Below are positions 39,801 to 52,411 of a DNA stretch of 64,000 nucleotides, one piece after another (within the stretch, counting starts at the first letter, position 1; each line of letters starts with the position of its first letter). This DNA is from Chrysomallon squamiferum (Eukaryota > Animalia > Mollusca). The notes below the pieces were generated by a model. That model made no database searches. It was not told the DNA's origin and saw only the letters and a program-made list of their open reading frames with translations. Both the position numbers and the translations under genes were made by a program. The stretch is from NCBI GenBank assembly GCA_012295275.1, contig CM022678.1, positions 14,570,001-14,634,000 of the forward strand. The letters run 5' to 3'.

Positions 39801-42800
39801 AATACATGCACATTTTAATGAAGTTATGAAAAAAACATGAATGTTATTATTTAACAGCAGTTATTATCTTGTCATACAAGAAGTGTGCAGATCTGACATC
39901 ACTGAAAAGCTAAGAAGTATACAGATCTGACATCACTGAAAAGCTAAGAAGTATACAGATCTGACATCACTTAAAAGATAAGAAGTATACAGATCTGACA
40001 TCACTTAAAAGATAAGAAGTATACAGATCTGGTATCACTCGAAAAGCTAAGAAATGTATAGATCAGACATCACTAAAAAGATAGGTGTACAGATCTGACA
40101 TCACTGAAAAAATAAGTGTACAGATCTGACATTACCAAAATTGTGAGTTTACAGATCTGACATCACTGAAATGGTAAGTTTACAGATCTGACATCACTGA
40201 AATGGTAAGTTTACAGATCTGACATCACTGAAATGATAAATTTACAGATCTGAAATCACTGAAATGGTAAGTTTACAGATCTGACATCACTGAAATTACT
40301 AGAAAAAAAAATCTTTAAACATACTGAATATTTAGTTATTATTCAACAATTGTTCTTCATAATCTGAATGTTATTTTTCTGTAATTAGCTACAGTGTTGT
40401 TGTATGCTTTAAATGTTGTTTTGTGTGTGTATGTGTTTGTATGTACATATTCTGCTACTTGTTTAGTATATATTTTGACTATCTAGTATCTGCACATATA
40501 AGCAGACAAAACTGTTATCAGTCACTGACAGGTAAATTAATCCAACAAGTGCTGCAAGGCCAAGCACTATAAGTACACAGTAACAAGTCTGAAGGCCAGT
40601 CCAAAGTAAGGTATCTGTATATTCACAAATACCTGCTTAACACCCAAACTATCAGAGATACCTACTCACTCTGATTCAGTTTAATTATATCAAGACCCGT
40701 GGCTGTTAGAACTTCCGTAAGTGCATTTTTGATAAATAGTCAGTAATTTAGCCAGCAGCCAATGCCAAACTTATGCAGTTTTCAAATTAATACCTTCTAT
40801 ATGAGCTTAATATTCAGAACATAAAATGACAATTTCCATGACTGTAACTTTATTAGGTGCAGATTATGTACAGATGTTTTCTCAAATGTATCTGTAGGCT
40901 TGGATAAAAAATAAAAAAATAAAAATATATCATAAACATCAAATGAACTTTATTCCGTATTCTTTCATGAACAAGCGATAACACTACTGTATTATTTACA
41001 TCCTGTACTAAGAAAAACCACCATTAAAATAAAACAGTTCATGTGCCACCTTGAAGTTAAGCAAGATAATGCCAAAAACATGCATAACCTAAGCGAGACA
41101 CATACCCACCCACCCTCAGAAGCAGGCAAATGTACATATAAATGCATACACATAGAAACATTGTGTGTGTGTGTGTGTTGTGTTATGTATTTTTTGTGGG
41201 GTTTTGGTTTTCTATGTGTATGTATATTTTTATGTTAACTATCTCAGATGATAAAAAATTACTTTTGACACTAACTGGTGGGAATTGTTAAAAACACTGT
41301 TTGATTTAAAAGACCTAACTGCACTAAATTTAAGAAAATAAATAAACTGAAAGAATTCTGCAGATACAGGAGACAGTATTTCACGTGAAATTAATACATG
41401 CTGCTTGATTCACCAAACCAAAAAGATAGATTTACTGTTCAGATGGATTCATGTCAGTATTGGTTTCATTTCCCTTCATTATATACAGGTTTTCAGATCA
41501 TGCAGTTAAAAATCTATGTTGTGTAAAGTCAAGATATTGGTTTACAAAATGCTTCAACATCTGATATTAAAAAAGAATAAAAGAAACAAAGGTGTGTTAA
41601 AAAACTACCATTACTAAACATAGTTCTTCTGTTTTGATTTTTTAATACTTTTATTACAAAGTAGATATAAATAAATAAATAAATATTAAATGATTACTAC
41701 AGATTTTAAAGGACATCAGAGAAGATATATTCATTGTTACTATCAAAAATTGAATTATTAATCATAATGTGAATTTAAGAGAAAACATATTACAAATTAA
41801 AGAATTAACAGACTGTACAGAGAATGAAGCTATTAATATCAAAACTGACTTGGCAGTTTGCTACCTATTTCTACTTATTAACCATTTCTTCTTTTTTTCC
41901 ACAAGTGCAAAGAGCAAAAATAAAAACAATTTCAGCAATCTGAAGTCATTTTTACATTTCATCATGAAATATGTTGGATGATGCACTACTTAATATTTGT
42001 TAAGAAAAAGGTAAATATAATTTATGTAATCAATGTCATAACATGTTCTGTAGATAATTACATCAATGTGTAGTTTGCTATATAAATGTTTTACATCTAT
42101 TTTGCTAACAGTGAGTGGACATTTGACCAAGTGGTAACATTCTCTCAACAGACAGTGTTAATAACTTGACATTTTTGGAATGCTGCTGTTAGCAAAGAAC
42201 TCACGCACTCATTCCTCGCCAAATGACGACATGAGCACAAAACTAGGTCAAGGCTGTGAAATGCATGTAAGAGTAAACAGCTGATTGTCTGCATAATCAG
42301 CTGATATTATATCTACCAAAGTGAATTAAGACAAAAACTTCACACACACAACACTAGTACACAGCTGACTGCAGTACTTAGCTGCAGATTTAACTCTACA
42401 ATTGGTAACAGGAGAAATTCTCAATGTATCTGACCAGTCCAGGTCAACAGTGAAAACATGACCAGCTTACCAGCCAGTTACATGTGGTTGCCCTGCTTTC
42501 AGCACACAAAATTAACATCTATTCTTTCATAACAAAACACTAACAACTGACTGTTAGATGGGTTTGGGCAAGAAAATGTAAACAAAAAACAAAAAAATAC
42601 TAAGTGACTGAACATTGAACTATTTACACAATTAGACTATGTTGATTAGCAGCCTGGGAAAACACTGCTAGGTGAAATAACAAAACTAGACTGTCAGCTT
42701 CCCTCACTTCATACTTGATGTTATCAACCAGAACAAGTTACAACTGTTGATTATGTGAGAACCCTAACAAAAACTGTATGTTAGGAAAAGAAAAAAGAAA

Positions 42801-43856
42801 CACATACCTGAGAGCAGAAAATTAGATTTTTACAGGCCACAAATCAATAGGCCTTGTAACAGTTTGCTGAGAAGTGGAGCAGCTAGCAGTCCGTCATGGA
42901 GGCAGGTTTTGTTATTAACTCACAACCAGCCATGTTAGTATCCACACCATGATTTGAGATATGAAGTATTAGAACACACTACGACTGTGTGTAGCTGCTG
43001 AAAAATACACAGTGCTTACTGCCCTCGTCCGTGTAACTGTTAATGGCTCAGTGAACAAGGGGAAGACAACTCCTGCCAGTGTACAGCATCTGGCTCGTCT
43101 GTCAGTAAGACTACATAATAGCTGAGATCAATAGGCTGCCATCTAATGAGGCCTTGTTTGGGTTTGTGATCATTTAACTGAAACAATTTATCTGAATACA
43201 AATAAATGCAAACTCATCCACACACACAAACGTTATTATTTATGTATGCCAGTTAAGCAGATGTTACAAAATAATTTGTGAACAAACCTGCATGTTTGTA
43301 TTTGTTACTTTGATAATTTAATTCTAAACACAACTGTTGCTATACAGACATACTGATGCTGAGATAAACAGTCATACTTTATTGGTGTTGTCTTATCTTT
43401 TTTGTGATTCATTTTATAAAACCAAATACAATTTACAATAATTAATAATTTGTATTAATTTAAAAAAGATAATAAAAAAAATGCCTTTATGAAATTCTAT
43501 CAAGTAATTAAAAAAATAAAATAAATAAAAAAATATTTATATTTCAAGTGATTTAACAAAAGCTGAAAAAAAATAAAAAAACAAAAAGGATCTGAAACAC
43601 TGCATATATTATATAAGGAAATAAGATATGAAAATTAGTACCACAAAAAAAATCTAAATAAACAAAATAATTTGTTCAGCATTATTACTTGTGACTTTTT
43701 CTTAGGAAGGTAAATAATTTCCCTACAGTAACTGTACATTATTATTATTATGATTAACTTTTCTTATTTCATTACAGTATTTATAAATAATATATATTCA
43801 CTATTATAACTAACTGCATTATTACAGTTCATACTATCTGCTGTTCCATATTATAA

Positions 43857-43890
<34 letters not shown>

Positions 43891-44533
43891 ATTTAATTCT
43901 TAAAAAGGGTGTACATTTTAAAATTGCTACAGTATTGTTGTCACTTATTCTTTTAATTGCCTAAGGTAAATATGTAAACTAACAGCTGAAGTAATACATT
44001 CTGTAGTCTATAGTTTTTTACAAGTACTAAAATCTTCATGTTTCTAATAGTGGCTTAAGAACAAATGTATTTTTGCACACACAAATCACTTTCGGCGATG
44101 CAATACAATGACAATCTAATCTTAATAAGAGTGAAAAACAACAAAAGATTTCCATGAAAGAAAACACAATAGTACAGATTACTGCTCTGTCGCAGTGGTG
44201 GTCACTGTGTGATCTTTTCAACTGGAAGTTTTCACATTTGTTAATGAAAGAATCACATGATTTTTTACTTTTGATGGGTAGGAGGAACTGACTTCACGAA
44301 CAAGTAAAATAGAGAATTTGTAGAAGTTCATGCTTCTTTTATAATATTTAATTATATTGTGAAATAAACAGAGAACACAAAATGTGTGTTTATGTAAAAC
44401 AATTGCAATAACAAGGACAAAAGTAATAATAACAGCAATAATAATAATAATAGTAATAATAAAAATAATAAACATACAGTAATAAATAATAATAATAATA
44501 ATAATAATAGTAATAATAATAATAGTAATAGTA

Positions 44534-44581
<48 letters not shown>

Positions 44582-46414
44582 GCAATAGTAAGTGATTTTT
44601 TTTAAGGGAGTCAGTAACTAACAAGAAAAAACTTGGCTCAGAAAAAAATATATTTGTCACACTATAGCCACAACATATTTCAGTGGCTTTTACCATGATC
44701 AACATTTTTCTACCCACTGATAACCTATAGCCTGATAAATCAGATTATCTCTAACAATAAAATTTTCTTTATAAATTAAGATTATAAAATGCCTAGACCA
44801 AATTAAATGAATGTAAATGAGTGCAGTGTAAAAACAACAACAAATGTCTTGTAATTATGTGAAACATTTTAACTTCCTAGTAATTTTTTTTAACCTCTTC
44901 TTTATTTTATGTTTATTAATTACTGTATTTATTAGATATAGTACAGATACATATTCATTATGACAACAGTAAATTAATAATGTAAGAGGCATTAACTATC
45001 TGTTTTACTAAACACTTTCAAAAATGAGTTATAGCTTTCTTAACATATGTAATGTTATGAATGTTAAAAATTTAAAACACTTTTATTTGAAAACCTTAAA
45101 TAATATTTACTGATTAGAGTATTACCTCATATCAGTATAAAATTTGTCTAAGGTCATCTATATTATTACTTCTTATTTATCTCACTATATATTATTCCAT
45201 CAGTTCTAAAATAATTATGATAAGAAATCATATTATTATTATTATTATCATCATCACAGTTTACCAACCCCTAATCTGGCTTCCAGAAATCTTGAAAAAT
45301 CAAGAAAATCCACTACTTTTAAATTTTATGTTTTGTAGTTCATTGCTGGACCATATTCTTTTGGTTTCCTTGATGTATACCACTGAATGATGCCAGTTTA
45401 AGATAAACTGTTGCTATGTAGAGCTGATTTTCTCACAGTACATCTATAATAAAGATTAAATTAAAGATAATAATTTGTTAAATATAGTTTCTTTGTTTAT
45501 TTTCATTTATTTAGCCCGTGTCCATAAACCATGACCAATAATACAGTCCCAAGTTTGCTGGATAAATGGTTCAATACCTGTATTATTAAAATATTTATAA
45601 AAAGATGAGCTTTTTTTTGTGGAGTGAATTTAGGAGATTCTGTAATGATATCACGAACATTTTTGTATATTGTTTGAATTCCCCTGTAACACAGTAACAG
45701 TGATGTTCCATACTAAAGATGAGATGTAAACCATGTAACTAAATTTTTTTTTTTCCCTATTATTAATATTAATATTTTACATTTTTATGAATAATTATAA
45801 GTAAATTCAAAAGTGTTTGCATTAATTGTCCTTGAGTTGTTTTCATTTTTTGTTTTTTTTTGTTTTTTTTTGTTGTTGTTTTAGCTATTAGTGATACTGG
45901 TATTTTATGTTTTATAAAATACATATGTAAATATTAACTGTTCTTTAGTTTATTGCTGTTTTTTGTTTTCTTTATAATCTCGTTTCTAATTCTGCATATA
46001 CCAACATTATGAAAGAAAAGAAATTTGATCAGTAATTTTTGTTGATAAATTTTGTAAAACACTCAGTTTAAAAATAGTGCTTAAAATTAATGGTCAGTTT
46101 TGCATCAAATCACTAAATGCAAAATATTTATCTATACAATGTTATATGCACAGCCATCAGTTAAATATAAAAAATAAAATAATAAATAAAAAGAATATAT
46201 AATCTTTATTATTATTATCTTTGAATGGTCACATCTGTTCATTTAACAGCAAATGTTACCAAAAAAAAAAAAAATTAAAAAAATCCACATGCATAAATAA
46301 GATCTAGTGTGATGGAAAAGAGATAAAGTAGAATAGTTAACTCAGATTAGAGTACATTTAATACATAGGTAGAAGTAGAAACTGAGAGGTATTAAAAAAT
46401 ATATATTTAAATTG

Positions 46415-46448
<34 letters not shown>

Positions 46449-46486
46449 CAAAGCAGAAACTTGAACATATTAATAAAATCAAATGC

Positions 46487-46538
<52 letters not shown>

Positions 46539-49500
46539 GCACACAAAACCTACACAGAAAATTAGATAAGGAAGAAACAGTATAGAAAAAATACAGCAAC
46601 AATGCATGGAACTGAAAAATTAACTCAAGTAATAGCCATCCAATAAAATAATTTCAGTTTCACCAAAAAATAATGTTTTCATAAATTCTCAACTTATAAT
46701 AAAGGCTTTTTCAAAAATACCTATACATTTTCATTTCATAAATCAAATACAAGTATAAAAATATTATATATGTAAGTATGTGGAGAATTCCCATGTTATG
46801 TTGGAAAGTGCTTGGAAGCCCTTTACAATGACACCAAGATCAAGAGTTTTACTTTACATCATAATATAAACCAGTTCACGAACTAAAAAAAATCTACATC
46901 TTAATAATCATAACAGATGTTCAATATTAAGGAAGTAATAGTAATTTTAAATTCCATAATAAGTACTTATTTTTGTTCAGTTAAACACAACTTAAGACAA
47001 TAGAAGTTTGTGGCCAAAAATTGCTAAGTTTTAACATTTTTTCTAGGTTAAGAAACAAACTCACAAAACAAATTATGATATGAAAAGGAAAGCAAAATGT
47101 GGTTGAATGACCTGTAAAAATTAAATCAACAAAGAATACAATCACAAGAGCTTGTTTGATTTATAATTATGTTTTTTTTTTTTTTTAAATCAGTTTTATA
47201 TAGAATAACAAACAAATAAAAATATTTAAAATTGAGAATGCTTATGGATTTCCCACCTGTGTTATTATGATGAAATAATTTAACATAAGCCCTGGAAATC
47301 AAGCAAATGGTGCACATCTTGAAGTGAGATATGGATGAAGTGGAACAGCCAATTAGTGCAAAATGGCCACTGCACATGGCGATTATCTGCACATACCTAG
47401 CAGAACTTTCTCTCTAGATTACACAGGATTAAACAAGAATGATATAATATAAATCTAAGTATGCTGTATTTATTTAATAAATTCTTTTCAACAGGAACAT
47501 AACAGTGGTTTAAATTATTTTTCTAATTTTCGTTATGAACTAATTTGTCATAACTTAAAAACAACAGAAAAAGAAAAAAAAAATTAAAAAGATAAATAGC
47601 CTTTGTTTCATGTATAATGTTTATATAATTATATACTAAAAAAAAAAGAGAAAAGAACAGTATTCTTATTTACAAACTGGATATTATTTAAAGCAGGGTT
47701 TAGCAGGACAATGGGTAAAATAAATTTTAAATATGAACTTGATTGCCCAACTGTACTGTTTTACTTTACATCATAATATAAACCAGTACAGACAACTAAA
47801 ATAAATCTACATCTTAATAATCATAACAGATATTTTAAAAATAAATAGGTAGATATACTAAATAAATAAATGCGAGAACTGCATATTTCTCCAGCATACA
47901 TATACATGCACCACCAGATAGGAAAGAAAATATCAAGGCCTTTGATAAAACAGTTGTAGACCAATGATCCAATTTAGAAAAAATGTAAGAGCAAGAAAAA
48001 GTGCATCTTAACCCAAAACATTTATAAGTGACCTACATAATAAAAAAAATATGTGTACATATATAAGAAAACAAGGGGAAAAAATTGTCAAACAAACTGA
48101 CAAAAATTCAATAAAATAAATAAATAAAACTTTACACTAACTGAAGAAATACAATTTTATAATTTCTTTAAGATTTGGACTGCTTACAGCACCAAAATGA
48201 CAGTACAACAAACCTATTATAATTAACTACTAATGTTTTTCATCATTTTAATCATTCTCAAATTGTCTACTCTGAATGCATTTTGTCAACATTTATTGAC
48301 AATAACAAAATAATAATATTAAACACAAAATACCAACCTGTAGGAAGCCATGTTTTTTCCAAAACATGGAATTTTGTTGACAGCATTTCTGGCAGTATAT
48401 ATATTTCTACAAGTAACAAAATGGTGTCATGTCTGCTAGGAAGAATTCCAGAAAGAAAAATCAATAAAACACTCAAACATGCAGAAAACGTGATTCCAAT
48501 TCCAGTGGTAACACAGCTGTAAGCTTGCACAATGTTACAGACACATTCTGAAGCAGCTAACATGGGTGTTATTAAGTTGAAGTATAATAAAGAAGAAAAA
48601 AAAATCTATAATTTCTCTCGACTTTCACTGATCAGAAACCACGATGTAATTCAAAAGAAAATATGTTCAGGAATAAGTTTATTCACAAAATAACACAGCA
48701 TTATTTAATTTTTGTTTTTCTACCTAACAAATATTTTACAGGATTCGTAAATGAAGAGTATAGTTTTAAAATTGCATTTCTTGAAAGATGAGTGCTTATG
48801 GAAACAGATAAAACCAAAACAATAATGTTATACATATGCAAATATGTTTGAGTGTACACATGCAAGCATGCATGCACACATGCACATACAGTTTTGTTTT
48901 TGTTCCAACTATCACTCAACTGCCAGAATAAGAAAAAATGAAATTCTGAATGTATGTGTGTATCTACTATAGATACAGATTAGACATATATATATATATA
49001 TATCAGATTTTAAACTCCTGGAGAAAAACAGTATTATGTTGATGATGTTTTAACATAAAATCATAAAATCAATAATTTGCCCAAATCTAAGATTTACATT
49101 ATAGTCAAAATTTAAATTACAACTAACATCAACAAATGAATTCACAGACTACACAAACAATCAAACCTTGTAGAAAGCTAGTACAACTCTGTAAATAATG
49201 AATGCACTAAATTACAGTTTATCTATTTTCATTATGAAACATGTAAATTATCTAAACAAATATTTTAACTAATAATTATTAATAACAACTGATATGATAA
49301 TTCAAAAGATGTTTTTATATGCATTTTTAATAATCAGTAACAGTGAAGAGAAATTATTGATTTTGCTTTAAATTCTTCAGTGTACTTATAAAAAAATAAA
49401 ACAAACCCAGATGTTTTTCATTTCATCCAATTTATAAGCTCTTTAATATTTCCCTTACAGATCTAAATATATTCTTTATATTTATTCTATACAGTAACAT

Positions 49501-52363
49501 CAGAGATGTATTAAGGACGGCCAAAAAGCCTTTATTTTTTATTTATTTTTTTACTTTAAAACAAAAAGGATACATAAATAAATAAATAAATAAATAAATA
49601 TCAAATTAGATTCAAAGATTTACGTAACAGAACGGTGTCCAAACTGTCAATGCAAAACTGAGTAAATTGACTCTAACAGCAAATAAAAACATTTTGTGAC
49701 TGTATTTATTTTTTTTCCTGAACATTTGGCATTTGTGAGGTAATGAAATCAATATAATTGAAAATTTTTGTTCCAAAAAATATTATTTAAATACACCATA
49801 TCAATAATTTTAGAAATATAAAATCTAACACATTGAACTGAGGGACATTTTTAGAAAACAATTTGTATTATTGTAATTTTTATCTCATAAAGATTGTATA
49901 AAAAGTTATTCATTTGTTTTATAATGAAATAATTATTGTTACATACTGGAATGCACAATTAACATCTGTCTCCTCATATACAATGAATTCAAAAAAAGAA
50001 TAAATGTATAAAAGTATTTTTTAGCAAAATAAATTATATTTCAACTTATTGGTAATGAAAACAATTTCAGTAAAAACATGCATTACAACATAGGCTTTGC
50101 TCCCTGCATTATCAATAATATTTTATAGACTCTAAAGTCATGTTATAAAAATAATATATATTCTGTAATTTAATTTAAAAATATGTAGTGATTTAAAAGT
50201 ACAAACCAATCTAAAGTTATTAATTTAAAAGATTTTGATCCCATTTCGTTTTCTTTTTTTTTATCTTCTCTCATTATAAAGTTAGTTAATGTTGTATTGA
50301 AGTTAAAATTTGGCACCTAAAGGTAATACATAAATTTTTACTATAATTATTTAATTATTCTACATGTTTCATGTTACAGTAACTTTTAGAAAAATTATAA
50401 AATATTAAATAAATTTTGCATGAAATTATTAAAATTACAAAAAAAATTCAATTTTAAATCAATTTTTTTATTACATTCATTTATTTTTAATAAATTAATT
50501 CCAGCAAATATAATTATATTTTTGCATTTTCATCACATATAGATAATAAGTTAACATGTAAATGTTCTTCAGTCTACTAATAACCAAGCAGTGATGTGGT
50601 AACATTTTATTTTGTTTTAATGATTAAAAATTTATAGAAGAATTAAGAATGCTGTTTCATTTTCTTGCCCATTTTTATGGTTTGAAATTTTGAAAACTAA
50701 TTACAATTTTTTTATATTATCTTTTAAGATGGATATATATATATATTAAAGCTATTTTCTCTTTTATTTTCAGTTAAGACAAAATTAACGATGACCAGGA
50801 TGAAATTAAATGATTGGCTTGTTCTAATACTCTGGTTTTATTTAAGAAATAATTTCCAGTAAATACTGTTGAATGTATAAACACAGCAATACAAATATTC
50901 CTTTAACTAGAATCTCATAAATTATTAAATATAAATATCTGTAAATGTAAAAACTTTTCAAGCTTGGTAACATATTTTAGCATTACTGTTAATGATAAAG
51001 ATAAAAGTACCTATTCATGAATCAGCATTATTAACTATTTCTGAATAGTCTAAATTTACATTCCAGATGGCTTTCACAATTCTTATAACAAGATATGGAA
51101 TCTTGCAAAAAAATCAAATCAGTAACTACATACTGTCATTCTGTTAAGACTGGAATCATGACCAGGAAGAAATGTATAAACTATGCTGAAGATCTGCATT
51201 TAACAGTAATTTATCTAATCTTGTTAATACATTATGTATATATTTTAAAACATTCCAAAACATTTGTTTTTCCTTTATTTATTTCTTTCTTAATAATCTT
51301 TTATTTTATTTTATTTTATTTAGTTATTATTATTATTATTTATAAAACATATTACTTGTCAAAATATGGTTAGTTAGTCTGTGATAGAAGTTATTCATCT
51401 TAAAATAATGCGTGAAATTCAATAACAACTAAAAATAAATAAATTTAAAGTTAAATATAATACTGTCTGTTTAAAACAATTGATACACCTGTATTTAAGT
51501 AAATTAATTTTAAAATTGTTTATAGAAAAGAAAGTATATATATTTATCTAAAGAAAATGATAACAAAGTAATGAAAATTATTTTATTATTGTTTATAAAA
51601 CATTGGACTTGTTGTCAATAGAAAATGATCTCCAAGTCAGTAATGGATTATAATTAAAAACAACAATTAAAAACAGTTACTTCCCTTTAAAAATTCATTC
51701 TCAATTTCAATATAATTATACATCCTTCCATGGATTAGTGTGAACAAAATTTATGAAACATGTTGAAAATTACCAATATATAAAAGATACCAAGTTATGA
51801 ACATTTTAAAATTCTGACTGATCATGAATGGTTCTGTTTTTGTTATGTTAACTTGATATTAACATTGTCTTAAACTGTGTTTTTAAATTCTAGTTTACAT
51901 CAGAAAATAGATGTTTTCACTCTTTCCAGCAGCTTGTATAAATACTCACTTTATTTATGTTTATTGCTCGGTACCGACTCGTTACAGACTCGTTACAATC
52001 CAATATGCTGGACACTCCCTTGTGTCCTGCAATCGTGGCGAGAACCCATTCTTTTCCCTACCCAAAACTCTTTTCTGCGACGGACATGCCCGCTGACCTG
52101 TCAGAAAGTGTGCCCGTCACAGACGTGCTTCACAACAGCTTGCTCTGATTAGCACGTTAATTTTTTTCCATCCATTCCATGTTTATTGCTTAATGATTTC
52201 AGTGATTATTTAATGAGAGCAAACAGGATATTATTCTAAAATCTGCAACACTTAATCAAATATTTGTAATTTAACATCACTGCTGTTAAGCACAGTCAGT
52301 TATGTCTTAAAAAATAAATAAATAAAAAATACACACATGTTCTTATATGCTTCTGAACACTGT

Positions 52364-52411
<48 letters not shown>

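Noticed and set aside
44218-44717. Poly-Leu/Ile 'membrane protein' ORFs
   Set aside because: Translation of the (AAT)n microsatellite
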